Source of the DNA: Vezdaea acicularis
Lineage: Eukaryota
Assembly (NCBI GenBank): GCA_026025075.1
Contig: JAPEUI010000150.1
Coordinates: 1-35,219 of the forward strand
Length of the DNA: 35,219 nt
Direction of reading: 5' to 3'
In this document: piece after piece, positions 11,965 to 24,927 of the stretch
Position numbering within the stretch: position 1 is the stretch's first letter
Layout of the letters: each line of letters opens with the position of its first letter
The notes under the pieces: generated by a model
Database searches by the model: none
The model's input: only the letters and a program-made list of their open reading frames with translations
What the model was told of the DNA's origin: nothing
Position numbers and translations under genes: made by a program

Positions 11965-13131
11965 TCTGAGACCCAAATTCCTTCCGAAAGAATATGGTAG
12001 AGCGATAGGTCAAGCTCATCACCAGACTGGTCTTTCGAAAGCCCACCAATACTCCATGAGATACTGAAGAGAACTTCTTCACTGATGAGCTGCCATCTTC
12101 CATACCTTCAGCTAGGTAAACCCAGGAGACTTTTGTGGGAGATTCTTATTGATCTGCTTGAGCTGGGTGACAGGTTTCTAACATCGACAAGGAGAAGGGA
12201 TATTCAAGGGTATCTGCACATCTTTGCCAAGATGCCGGAAAGATCTCCGGTACTTAAAGACATCTATAACATATACCTCTGGCATTCTTCGTCGGATGAT
12301 AAATTAAAGAGAATACGAAAAGGGAGTATGTGGTAGAGCAAAATAACTCAACAAGGAGAATGCCACAGTCGGCCCTATTCCATTAAGCGACGAGTGACTT
12401 TCGTAGCGCTCTACTACGTTTTCAATAGCTAGAATAGAAACATCTAGGAAGGAAACATCCATAGAAACCGATAAGCAAGCCAACAAGGCGATCAGCGGTG
12501 ACTTACGATATTACCCGGGCTAAATCCAAATGTTTCACCTACCCGAAATCAAAGCTACGGAAAACCTTAATTGACGAGATCCCGTGGGTGGCTGTCAATG
12601 ATTTGCGGCATTAGACGGGCTTACCATGGGTCATTGCAGATGCACAGAGCCTTGTGCGGCACCACAGTGTTGGGATATTACATATTTCTCCTGCCCGCTC
12701 GCGCGTCCACGTTTTCGTCTCCAGCTCTTGCACCAACCAAAAAGGCTGCACATATTGAGGGTGTGCAGGTAGTTCAGATCGCTTCAGCGATGCTTTGCGT
12801 TGCCTGTCATCTTCGTGTCTTGTAAAAGGGGCCGGTTTACAAGCTCGAAGTGGTGCATTGTAAATGTACATCTTTCACCAGCAGAACCTAAGATAGTCCA
12901 ATCTAAAGAGTGCGGAGAAAGATCCGAATCCTCTAGAGACTGGTCTCGTGGTCTATTCTGGAGAGCACTTGAGATCGAAGCCCGCATAATGGCACGTGCG
13001 TACATTGTCAGAGCCCCGCAACAAAGTTTGGCCGTTAGTATCAAGCTTTCAGGCAGGCTACAGTTCACTCAGCACAAAGGATTAAACTCATGATAAGATC
13101 TTGAAGGGGGGAAGACTTGCTTTTTTTTCAG

Positions 13132-16100
13132 CTAGGCTAAAGCACCCCTCCCACCGATGCTCTTAAGCGCCTCCCGCTTTGCAGTTGCTCGCTCGGCGGC
13201 GACTGCGTTCCCGTTCGCCTCTCCATTAGTGCGTGGATAGGATAAGTAATCTACTTCCAAGAGATATTCTAGGTACAGCTTAATGAGGCTAGGCGTCATG
13301 GCGATACCCGTCGATATGTCTTCACCTGTCCACCTTGCATCATACTTCAGTGCTGCCTTGGTATTCGTATCATCGAGCTCTGGTGCTTTTGTACCGCTGG
13401 GCAAATCGCCCGTCACGAAATGATAGAGTGGCATCAACGCATGGACCTCTGATCCGGTGTCCTCACTGCTGCGAACGTACCTCTCCAGCCTCATCCGCCA
13501 TGTTTCATAGTCAACCTCTGGCAAATCAAAGCCATAGGCCTCCACCACGGCAAGAAACTGATCCATCTGAAGACGGGGATGACTAGTGACCTGGCACACG
13601 CACAGTGCACCTTCATTGAAAGGGGACGCAGCTGCCACCACGATTCTTGCAACATGATCGACGGGTACCATGTTGACAGTGTTTTGTATAGATGGACGGC
13701 TGGAAATTTGGATGCAGCCCTTGATCATGCGGACGAGAAAATCATCCGTGTTTGTGACTGGACGGAAATCAGCTAAGTCTTTAAAACTTTAGCAAGACAC
13801 GGTTGCATACCCCCATGCTTAGAATCACCTGTGACATAACCCGGCCGGACGATAGCACCTTCCAGTCCTCTTCGGCCAGCTTCGCGGACAAGATATTCGG
13901 CAACCCACTTACTCTGCCCATAGCCATTTGCGAGACCCTTACTGCTACCTTGCAAATCATCATCTTCATTAATTCCGTGACCTCCAGCTGCTATCAGCCG
14001 CTCTGAAAGCCTAACGTAATGTTCTGTATCCAGTACACTTGTTGAAGAGACGAAGACGAATCGCTTAGGGGGGTTGTGAGCTAGCTGCATCGCTGTAAGG
14101 GTTCCTTCCACATTGGCTGCCTTCAGGTGGGAATAGGGGTAAACCCAATGTACTTGGGCGCCATTGTGAATGATCATGTTGGCTCTCTCATTGACATATG
14201 ACCATTCATCTTTCGTAAGGCCGAAAAAGGGGCTTCCTAGATCTCCAGGGAAGCATTCTATATGTTCCGACCAAGATGGCAGCCACACTCCGTAAGCTTC
14301 GCAAGTCTTCTGAATCCGGGTCAATGCAGCACTCTGATCTTTGGCGCGCACTAAAGCGATAACTTTGACGGTGGGTGATGTGCGAGTAAGAAGGTCACGA
14401 AGAATGAAAGCACCGAGGAAACCTGTTACGCCAGTGAGGAAGACTGTGGGAGGAGCGAGACGCCCATGCGACTTTGCGTTCGCGCGCGCTGATGGAAAAC
14501 CTTTAGGTAGCTTAGAAGTGAGAGATATAGCATTCGCTGCATAGTCCTCGCCAGCAATACTATCCGATCCACCAAACCCTTCCGGATCCCGGGCGCGGTC
14601 AATTTCTGCTGCGAAAGCCCTCAGTGTCGGGCAATTATAGATGGCAGTTGTTGCAATTTCTACGCCGCGCCATTCCCGACGAACGTCGAACCGCATCCGA
14701 TGGGCTAATATGCTATGCCCACCTAAGTTGAAGAAGGAATCATCTGCTGCAATCGTCCTGGCAGAGATGACGCTGGGTATGAGCTTCGCCCATATCTGAG
14801 CTAAGCGCTGTTCAGTCTCAGATCGTCCGGCAAGAGACGCTGAAGGCCTTCTAACGAGCGAAGCTTCTAACTCCGCCGTATCTGGGAAGGGTAATGCTGG
14901 TTTATCGATTTTCCCATTCGGATTCAATGGGAACCGTTTTAAAGGAATAAAGACAGTGGGGACGGCATAGTCTGGTAATTTTCCGCGAAGATATTCTCGT
15001 GCATCATTTCGTAAAGCATGAAATCTTCGAAGGTTACCAACCATGCCCTCCTCGCTTTGGTCGTCCTTCAAACCCCTTTCTTTAAGCCATTGTGACCATT
15101 TATTGATCTCTGGCACGAAATAGCTAACTAATGTCGGCTCTTCAAATTTGTCTCGACGGACTAGGGTAACGTTCTCTCGAATTAGAGGATGCTCTGTGAG
15201 GTGAGAGTTGATCTCGCCAAGCTCAATTCGAAATCCCCGAATTTTAACTTGGTCATCGGCACGTCCAGAACATTCGACATCTCCTGTAAGCGTGTACTGC
15301 CCAAGATCGCCACTTCGATACAGTCGGTCTCGAGGTCCCTTGTAGAAGTGCCTCCATGGCTCCTGCTTCTCACTAGATGCTACCTTTGCTTCATCCTCTT
15401 CCACCCACTTCTTCGGGTCCAAAAACCAGTTTTGTACAAACTTCTGGTCAGTGAGCTCTGGTAGCCCAAGATAGCCTTCGGCCAATCCCCCAGCCCGGAC
15501 GTATATTTCACCAATCTCTCCGACCCCACAAATTCGTGAACGGTCGGTACGATCGACAACCAGTAGCTGTACGTTCAGCATGCCCTGACCAGCTGGAATG
15601 ACCTCTTTCAATCCGTCTAGGTAGGTGGGATCCTGGTTCCAGCTCGGTATCTTGTAGTAGCTCACAGCTCGCTGCGTCTCCGTGGTCCCATACATGTTGA
15701 CAATGTTCACATTAGGGGCTAGCCTTTGCAACGCCCTACAGTCCCTCTTAATCAAGATGTCGCCGACGAAGAATGCATGGTGTAGACTAGGAAACTCCGC
15801 GCTCGCTTCCCCGACTAATATTTGGCCCATTGCTGGCGTTAAATGAGTAACGGTCGCTTTATGTGTCTTCATCCACTCGGCGAGTCGCTCGTGTTGGATA
15901 TCTTCCTTTGAAGGAACAATAATTTGTGCCCCTAAGAAGAGAGGAGTAAATATGTCACGTTGGATAGGATCGTGGGCAATACCACTCAGCATAGTGAAGC
16001 GGTCGTTCTCTGTAAGGTGAAACTTTTTAGACATCCAAGGAAAGTAATAAGCAAGTGAGAAATGACGGCCGCGCACGCCCTTAGGCCGACCCTCGGATCC

Positions 16101-16703
16101 AGATGTGAACGAGAGTGTCGGGACCGAATCCGGTCCAACTATCACCCCTGGAGCTTTTGCCCTTGAACCTTGATGGGAACTTAGAAGATCTTTCCCACTA
16201 GCTATACCTCCTTTGAGAAATCCGTCGGCTAGAATTTCAAGGGCTGGAACTTCCGTCTTGAGCTCTAGGTTTTCAGTGATGTAGGCTCTGACCTTATCCG
16301 CCAGCTTGCCGGCTTCTTGACTTGCTTTCTCAATCATTATAAGAGCCTTTGGCCTTGAAACATCAAGATATATGATCTGCCGGTCGGGCGGATATGCGGG
16401 GTCGAGGACTGAAAACGTTGCACCAGACTTCAAAACACCCATAATAGCCACGACCAAGTCGACTCCCCGATGGGAATAGACCATGACGACATCTTCTCTA
16501 CAGATCCCAGCTTTGACTAGATGATGTGCTAAGATATTTGATGCTTCATTTATATGTCGATACGTGTAGGATAAGCCTGGTCCTGTCTCGAATACGCACA
16601 GTCTATCTGGGTATTTTTCCGCATTGCAAGCAAAAATCTCGTGAATGGCGCCTGGATAGTCGGACCACCGCAAGTCCTGGGTAGGGTCGGGAAGTTTAGC
16701 CAT
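13132..16703 (-). CDS. LYS2: L-alpha-aminoadipate reductase (A-PCP-R domains), lysine biosynthesis, ~1172 aa
   Basis: Exons 16703-13811 and 13757-13132 (53-nt intron restoring ...KHGVTNTDDFL...). Motifs LSFTSGSEGRPKGVRGRH, SGIAHDPIQRD, YGTTETQRAV, FFNLGGHS (phosphopantetheine Ser), VFLTGVTGFLG, GYGQSKWVAE. Confidence 0.96.
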
Positions 16704-16768
16704 TTTTACACGTTTAAAGAAGTCTGAGCATTGCAGGCCCTAGAACTGAAGTGTCTCTTCCTAGATTA

Positions 16769-16775
16769 TGACTCA
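16769..16775. promoter_or_regulatory. Gcn4/CpcA (cross-pathway control) binding site upstream of LYS2
   Basis: Exact TGACTCA (ATGACTCA) about 66 bp upstream of the LYS2 ATG. Fungal amino-acid biosynthesis genes are typical Gcn4/CpcA targets. Confidence 0.65.
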
Positions 16776-17327
16776 GGTGCATACTTCTCAAGAGTTTTTG
16801 AGAAACACTGAAGCGATTGGCCAATGATGTTGCAGCATAAGGTTCCTCGTGAAATACTTCCTTTCGCGGTAGAAGGTGATAGGATTAGGCGAGGTCATGG
16901 GTCATTCATACGATAGTGGTCCCCATGTGGAATTCCTAGATCCCAACTACATAATTATCTATTGACCACTAGAGAAGACATCACCCATTGCCCCTAATTG
17001 CCTGTAACTGCGTGACACCCGCGGCCAGGCCCCGTAAGCCTAGTCCGGCTGCCTGCTTATGCACGCGCTTTTCATCCTATGACTGTCCCGTGTGAGCCCA
17101 ATTCAATCTCACCCCAAATATTATCGCGGGGGCAGATTTTAGTCTGGTTCAGAGCACAACGAGGTAACGGGCTCCTCAAAGAATAGCTTTGTTATAAGTA
17201 TCAATAGGTTTTGCATTTTAACTGTCAGAAGATAATCGCACATGGTATACAGTCAGCAAAAGTAATTTCAGCAAAGAAATTGCCTTCAGCTCATTTTCGG
17301 TTCACGCAATTAAGTCCAGTCTTGTGC

Positions 17328-19645
17328 CTATTTCTTGCCTTTTTGCTCATGAACAATTTTGATAATGGTCTCCACAACTGAGGGATCAGACAGCTAGAAG
17401 ACCTCGTCAGTTTTTCTTCTTCGACTGGATGCAAGAGGAAACGATTTATAGCAGACTTACGGTTGAAGTATCACCAAGCTGGTCTTCCTCGCCAGATAGG
17501 ATCTTGCGGAGGATTCGCCTCATGATCTTACCAGACCGTGTCTTTGGTAGGTCTGGGACAACAATGATAGCCTTGGGCTGAGCGAAAGGTCCTATGGACT
17601 TGCGGACTTGTTGAACAAGCTCCTTCTTAATGGACTCCTGGCTATCAGCCATATCTTTTAAGGACACGAACGCATTTACAGCCTGGCCTGTCAGCTCATC
17701 GTTGACGCCCACAACTGCGGCTTCAGCAACTGCAGCTAAGATATTGTTAGCACTAATGTGAGAGGTGCGAAGTGAGTCGCTGGGCTTACGGTGTTCAATG
17801 AGAGCCGCTTCAATCTCTGCCGTTGAAAGTCTATGGCCGCTAACGTTCACTACATCATCTACTCGGCCTCGAATCCAATAGTATCCTTCATGGTCGCGTC
17901 CCGCACCATCCCCAGTAAACTGCGAGTCTGTCAGTGGGTTGCTAGGCTAGTCCGATTATGATCAAACTCACGTAATATCCCTTATACACATCTAAATAGG
18001 TTTCTCTGAAGCGCTTGTGATCGCCCCAGATTGTGCGAGCCATACTTGGCCATGGCTGTTTGACTGCTAACACACCCTCCACATCGTTCCCAAATATCTC
18101 TTCTCCTGATACTGGGTCTATGATTGCTGGTTCAATTCCAAAAAACGGAAGGGATGCGCTCCCCGGCTTTGTAGGGGTAACACCAGCTAGGGGAGTGATG
18201 ATATGAGAGCCTGTTTCCGTTTGCCAATAGGTCTAGACAATGTTTGTTAGCGTCAAAGAAACCTATACGCCTGACTGACCACATACGTCTACGATATGAG
18301 CATTCTCCTTCCCAACTATTTCAAAATACCACTTCCAGATTTCTGCAGCAATTGGCTCTCCCACAGATCCCAAGACTCGGAGTTGTTTCATAGCGTGTTT
18401 GACGTGCTGGTTCCCAGCACGTTTAAGTAGTCGCAACGCTGTTGGAGCAACATAGAAGTGAGTGACACCGTGCTTCTCGATGACTTTCCAATATCGTGAA
18501 AAGTCCGGATATGTGGGGGTGCCCTCAAAAACAACTGTCGCTACCCCCAAAACCAAAGGCGAATACACTACGTAGGTATGTCCAGTAATCCAGCCAACGT
18601 CACCACCACAGAAGAAATTATCACCATCATGGATGTCGAAGACGTATTTCCCAGTTGCAGCAGCTCCCATAAGATATCCACCTGTAGTATGCATTACACC
18701 TTTTGGCTTTCCTGTCGATCCAGAAGTATACAGCAAAAACAGAGGATCCTCGGAATCCATAGGCTCAGGTGGGCAGTAATTGGGCCACTTTTGGACCTCT
18801 TCGTGCCACCACAAATCCCTTCCCTTAGTAAAAGGCACCTCGGTGCCAGTTCTTCGGAACACTAGGCAGCCTGTAATGCCTGGGCAATCCTTCAGCGCTT
18901 CATCGACGATCTTCTTCGTCCCTATGGTCTTTCCTCCTCTTTTGCCCTCATCTGTTGTGATCACAACCTTAGACCGTGCATCAATTATACGGTCGCGAAG
19001 AGACCCCGAAGAGAAGCCAGCGAAGACCACTGAATGAACAGCACCAATACGAGCACAAGCTAAAAAGGCAAAAATGGCCTCCGGGACCATGGGAAGATAC
19101 AGAGCAACCGTGTCACCCTTCTTTACGCCCATTTCCTTCAGTACCCACGCAAGTCGCGAGACCTCTCGCAGCAGCTGGCCATAAGTAATGACCCGGCCAT
19201 CTTCTGCCTCATCAGCCTCGTATATGATCGCGGGCCTACTGGGATCCTTCATGGCATGACGGTCCACGCAATTGAAACAAGCGTTGATCTTGCCCCCTAG
19301 GAACCATGCACAGTCGGCGTTTTCTAGGGTCCCTGACTTGGTGGTGTGGAAATCTTTGTCCCAGGTCAACATAGTACGGGCCATGTTGCCCCAAAATATG
19401 TCGGGCTCTTCAATTGATTGTCTGTACATAGCCTGATATTCCTTCATCCCTGCAATATGGGGTCTACTTGGGTGGGACCTAGCCGGAAGCACGTCGAAGG
19501 TTAGCAAATTCACTAGTAAAATAGGGACGTAGTCCGAGCTTAGAATATTGTGGACTGACTTGAAAAGGCCTTGTGGAACATGGTATGTGTCCACCATGTG
19601 GGCTTCCGCCACGACCGGAGTCATTTTTTCGCCATTAGTAGCCAT
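17328..19645 (-). CDS. facA: Acetyl-CoA synthetase (acetate-CoA ligase), ~669 aa
   Basis: Exons 19645-19560, 19478-18287, 18232-17972, 17919-17790, 17735-17461, 17393-17328 (2010 nt, open). Motifs [58 protein letters not shown]. Confidence 0.96.
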
Positions 19646-20068
19646 CGTTGGCGATTTATACGATCGTGCTTGAGAAGCAATGGGTATGTTACAGGCAAAT
19701 GACCTCAAGACGGGCAGGTTACGTCAAACATTGACTTGCCGGCTATATTGAAAGTAAGAAGGTGGCGTGGGAGAGAAGAGGGGTCTCCGTCCTTCATATA
19801 GAACGGCAAGGCGCTGTCTCAACACATGCCGGCGTAGCTAGCGGCGTAAAGACGGTGTTGGATCCGGGAGACGTCAGTAGGCGATTTGCATCACGCTCGC
19901 ACCCTTCGCACACTTGGACGAGCAGGTGTGGCCAGCCAGACCTAACAATTCGCTCCTAGTGGTCACAAGTACATTACATTAACATCCGGTGTGCTTGGTC
20001 AAGGGAGGCGTGAGGGGCATCGAGCTCGAAAGGGCTTAGCCCAATCCCTCGAGCATCGCGGATGCAAG

Positions 20069-20082
20069 GTGGGGTTGCGGGG
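20069..20082. promoter_or_regulatory. Paired CreA/Mig1-type carbon catabolite repression sites upstream of facA
   Basis: GTGGGG (20069) and GCGGGG (20077) both match SYGGRG and lie about 430 bp upstream of the facA ATG. The motif is short, so a chance match is possible. Confidence 0.4.
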
Positions 20083-20566
20083 AAAAAGGGTGCATGTTAC
20101 ATCATTCTCGCCTTTCTTCTCCCTTTGTCCTACATGTCCCAATTAGGATCTAGATATTCCCGGGAGAAGCTTGGGTCACTCTACTAATGCTCTCACACAT
20201 ACTAGCCTACTGGCTCTTCCGAAAGAAATACGAACATCGAAGCATGATCCATGGGAGTGCCTCCACATGCACCTAGAGCCGCAAAAGACCAATCTCGACC
20301 CGTTTATATCACGTGATCATACTACGCCACGAGCATATCTTGCCCTGCCAATTGAAGAACGAAAAACCTTCATGTGTATATATGGGTGCGGCAAAGACTT
20401 TTGATATAATCTACTAATCCTGCCACACCTTCGATTCGTCTTGGAGCCATGTAAGCTTGGCGATCACACGACGGCGACTTGTGCCTCTACGTTCTGCTCA
20501 AGAGTGACTGAAAGTGCTTGCTGGTGACAGCTTCAATTTACAGATCATGTAAAGACATATCCTAGC

Positions 20567-21445
20567 TTATTCAAAAGCATCCATTGATGCAGCAGATACG
20601 TCAGAACTCTTCCTGCTGCTAGCACTCGCAGGTGCTGTTTCATCTAGCTCAACCTCTCGCGTTCCCAGCGTCCAAGTCCATTCCCGTTCCTTCCGCTTTC
20701 TGGGCATGGGGGTATCTCTTTCTTCTCCATTCAATTCCCCAATGCTTTGTCTAAGGTCTTCCATAGGTCCCGGAGAAATGCCAGCATTTCTCTTCCTCTT
20801 TAATTCAGTCGTATCCAAATCCCCTTCTAAGGGATGAAAGGTCTCCTCTTCTTGAAGAAGTTCATAATGTGTCTTAATGTACTGGGTTGTCTTGATGTCG
20901 CGCGATAAATTTGAAGAAAACGAAACACACTTTCTCGGGGGGGGCGAAAGCAGTCGAGGGTTGCATACATATTTGTGAGGCGCGGAAGGACGTAGAGAGT
21001 TGCGCAAAATCGGTTGAACCCCAAGTGGGATTTTATAAGGCGATCCCTGCGATGTAGAGGAGGGTGAGGTGGTGTCATCGAAAGATGGCGTTGACTCTCC
21101 GGCAGGACTTGACATCTCTGTTCTAGGCAACACTGGTGACTGCGCAGACGATACTGACGACTTTGGTGATGGATATGCGGGCACTGTTGTCTGGTATGCA
21201 TTTGAGTAGGTGTTCCGTGCTGTTGGTGAATTCACGGCTACGTCTGACTTCAAGCCCGTCGTAGACTTTCCGAATGTTCGAGGAGCTTCCGATGGCGATA
21301 TCTGTAATGAGAGTTTTGGTCGCTTCGCTGGAGATTGTCCAGTCGACTTGATAGCCTGGTATGTCATTGGAAGGAGCAGAGGTGGAGTCGGAGGCGGTGA
21401 TGATAATATTGATACTGGTATCTGTGGAATTTGAAGAGAAATCAT
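20567..21445 (-). CDS. Hypothetical Ser/Pro-rich protein (292 aa) with short linear motifs
   Basis: Intronless ORF starting AAA ATG (alternative start MTYQ near 21364). Motif-like blocks RPKLSLQI, SPTARNT, PILRNS, RKCVSF, REWTWTL resemble a fungal uncharacterised family (from memory, not searched). Confidence 0.75.
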   Translation of the reverse strand: MISLQIPQIPVSILSSPPPTPPLLLPMTYQAIKSTGQSPAKRPKLSLQISPSEAPRTFGKSTTGLKSDVAVNSPTARNTYSNAYQTTVPAYPSPKSSVSSAQSPVLPRTEMSSPAGESTPSFDDTTSPSSTSQGSPYKIPLGVQPILRNSLRPSAPHKYVCNPRLLSPPPRKCVSFSSNLSRDIKTTQYIKTHYELLQEEETFHPLEGDLDTTELKRKRNAGISPGPMEDLRQSIGELNGEERDTPMPRKRKEREWTWTLGTREVELDETAPASASSRKSSDVSAASMDAFE

Positions 21446-22205
21446 TTTTGCTTCAGGTACCCTAAATGAGTGAACCCGAAGGAAGGGATACGCAAGGTCT
21501 CACATAGGAGTGGTCAAGCTACCCTAGTCTTGCCAGATCGAAAAGACGAAAAAGTCCAAGACATCAACATCACCGTTGGATCGAAGCGGGGCGGGAAGGC
21601 CACGATAGATATAACCCCTCGCGTCCAAGGAGGATACACCCAGATTTAGCCGCGGTCATATTCACCATGGTCAAAGGCACCTGACTGTTTGCCTCATGTA
21701 AAGTTAGTAAAGACAACTAATCTGACAGACGCCAGACAGACGGATCTGGAGCTATTTGGGCGGCCGACTTTGTTAGGTTGGGGGGCAGCGCTGGCCCAAG
21801 ATCGAGAACGCGCAAGCGCCCTGCAGGGATTTAGATTGTGTGGTTAAACTGGGGCAGCCAACCGGCTGTCTTCCATCAGGGGCAAGACGCGGCGAACGTA
21901 TTTTTGGGGAGCTGCACTCTTGGCCTTTGCAGTCTCTCCGATAATCGTCTACGGCGACCTTAGAAAAGGGCATTTGAGTGATGACTGAAACCTGTCATTC
22001 TACTTTTAGACAATCACGAGCATCCCGTCAGCCCTACAGAAACTTCACACATGCTCTATCGATAGACTATGTGCGACACAATGCTTGTGGATTCTTCGGG
22101 GGATAAACTGGACGCGCAGTTCGGGTACGAACGCTGCCACCATCCTTACTTCGTCGAATAGTCTCGCTATCAGCAGAGGCCGCAGACGTACAGTCATGCA
22201 AAGCT

Positions 22206-24254
22206 ATGAATATGATGCTCAGGCCAGGGCCAAAGCGCCATGATGGGAGAGTCATCATTCACTTCGTTCGTCTCACATCGATCACGCATTACTACTTGAA
22301 TAAGCCCTCGTACTAAACAGTACCACGCGACAGGATTACGACTGTTTCTACGCCTCTGTCTTTGAAGCCGAAGATCCTGCCCTCAAATATTTGCCACTGG
22401 CAGTGCAGCAGAAGCAGATCATAGTTACTTGTAATTATGAGGCACGTCGTCGGGTAAGATTGCTGTGTTACGCCTTTGGCATTGCATAGCCCCGTCTCTA
22501 ACATAAACTGACACTAGGGCCTGCATAAGCTACAGCTCATTTCTGAGGCGAAGCAAATCTGCCCAGACGTCATAATAGTGCTAGGGGAGGACTTGACAAG
22601 ATTTCGAGATGCGTCGAAAGCCTTGTATGCTTTCTTACGGGACTCCGTCTGGAGTAGCCGAGTGGAGAGACTGGGATTTGATGAGGTTAGCTATGGCAGC
22701 TCAAGAGATACTAAATGAGGCTGATGGGAAGAAATATAGGTATTTCTAGACGTTTCAGACATGATCGATTACAACATTGAGCTTCTCAATAACTATGACC
22801 TTGGCAACTCCTTCTTCCAGCTGTCCAAGTCTGACCCGACCCTGGGTTTTCACTACGACGCAACAAGCATTTGCGGGGCTACATATCCAGCATTCCCAGA
22901 AGATGAGCCCCTGATCACTGCTTCGCCTGCTATGTCCGTGGCCGACGCCTCGGAGCGTCATATCTACAAACGTCTCCTCGTGGGGTCACATTTAGCTCGC
23001 TATCTTAGATTCCGCCTCGAAGAAGGGCGAGGCTATACAGCTACGGTGGGCATCTCCACTTCCAAACTCTTGTCCAAGCTTGTTGGCAACGTCAACAAGC
23101 CAAACAACCAAACAACTCTAGTGCCGCCATACAACCAGTCGAATGATGGAAGCAAGAGTAGTGTAACAGCTTTTATTGATGACCACGATATCGGCGCAAT
23201 TCCAGGACTTGGCTTCAAGCTTGCCCAAAAGATCCGCGATCACGTCCTCAGCCGACCTGCAGATTTCTCAACCGGTTTAATATATGGTTATACGAAAGAA
23301 AGCGTTCCCGTGCGGGATGTACGACGTTTTCCATCCATGGGCCCAGACCTGCTTGCAAAGCTCCTCGCTGGACCGGGTAGCCCGCAAGGGATAGGTAGTC
23401 GAGCATGGGGGCTCATCAACGGTGTTGACGATGCAGAAGTGAGCCTTGCACGGAATCTACCCCGTCAAATTAGCATCGAGGATAGCTACATCCGCCTTGA
23501 CACGCTTGACCAGGCCACAAAGGTGATGAAGCTGCTAGCTGCAAGCCTCATTAAGAGAATGCACGTGGATCTGCTTGAAGATGAGGATCATGAGGAAGAC
23601 AGTGAGGACATAGCTGTTACTGCCTCTCCCGCTGCATCCAAACGATGGATAGCCCATCCACGAACGCTGCGCCTCAGTACACGCCCTCGTCAGCCCCTGA
23701 GGGCAGATGGTACACGTGCTCGAAGCTTCGCACGTGTGTCTCGTTCCGGTCCCCTTCCAGCATTCATCTTTAATATTTCCATGCCAGTCTCTTCTCTCGC
23801 CGAGAAACTTACGACAGAGGCGCTGATGCCACTATTCCGCAAGTTGCATCCAGAGAAAAGTGGCTGGAACCTCAGTCTTGTGAACGTGTGCGTCACAGAT
23901 ATGGTTGAGGGTGAAGGGAGGAATATTGGGAAGATGTTCAAGGACATGAGCAAGAGCAGGTATGAGTGGATGGTGGAGGACATAGACGTACCTCCCGATC
24001 GGATAATGGAAGACATAGCTAAAATAGCTGTGGTGTCTCCAAAAGATTCGCTTAGTAGAGGCGACTCCGAGGATCCACTACAGCCAGACCAGGATAGTCC
24101 TCTGGAGACGATTGATCTGTGGGAAGATGACGAGGAGAACGAAGATGGGGTAACTGAAGGGGATTCTTGGTGTTCGATATGCGAAAGCAAGATGCCTTCA
24201 TTCGCTATGAGTGCGCATAACCGCTTTCATAACTTCGATAAAATTCCACAATGA
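22206..24254 (+). CDS. Y-family translesion DNA polymerase, iota-like, with a C-terminal UBZ-type zinc finger (~620 aa)
   Basis: Exons 22206-22265, 22334-22453, 22518-22685, 22740-24254, all joined in phase 0. Motifs RVIIHF|DYDCFYAS, TCNYEAR, GEDLTRFRDAS, LGFDE|VFLD, KLLSKL...KPNNQT, IPGLG, CSIC...H..FH. The start could be 22206, 22212 or 22215. Confidence 0.9.
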
Positions 24255-24927
24255 ATGTCTGCCCAAGATAACGCCGATAAAGGGCCCAGCGACCTAGTTT
24301 CAGCACTGTATCTTGCATATAACTGCCGAGCAAACAGGCAGGCCACGTTTCTTCAGCTTCTGGTAGCCACTAATGCTCATTGTTCATGACGAGTTTCCAA
24401 GAGACTTCTAAGGTACACCTGGGCACATCCAACCCCTATTGATGAGCTCTTTGTGGCCAAAGCTCTATAGAACCAGGCCCTCCAGCCACACAGCAAGCCA
24501 AAGAGTCCAAAAAGGAGAATGGCTCACTCCTTTCGATCCTCTCTTCCTCGATTGGAAAACTTACTACTTAATGGGCGTCTGGATCTAATACAGAGAATTG
24601 ACTTTTGCTTATGTTGGTTTACAAGTTCCATAAATTAGAGCGTTCCAGCATGCTAACGGATGCCACCTTCTATATCTGGAAAACTGACATTCCAACTGTT
24701 CACAATGATCTAATTCCTCTTATTACAGCATTGTGATGCTCATATGTGGCGCATCGCACGCCAGTGATATTTATACAGTGATTTCCGGAATTAATTACGG
24801 GGGTTGTCTCGGTTCAATTGTTGGTTATGCAATCCACTCTAAACAGCCGAACGCCAGTATATGCCTCTCGGAGACGTTTAACATCGCCTCCAGTAGAGAC
24901 TGAGGACCATGGTAAATGGCAATATGC

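Noticed and set aside
12085..13093. Short ORFs between the Cys-rich gene and LYS2
   Set aside because: No recognisable domains. Consistent with the LYS2 3' region and the promoter of the next gene.
13132..19645. NRPS-like gene next to an acyl-CoA ligase as a secondary-metabolite cluster
   Set aside because: The motifs identify primary-metabolism LYS2 and acetyl-CoA synthetase. There are no tailoring enzymes, transporter or cluster regulator nearby.
23690..24190. 166-aa antisense ORF in the polymerase gene (likewise 26890-27405 in MSF1)
   Set aside because: These are shadow ORFs opposite well-supported genes.
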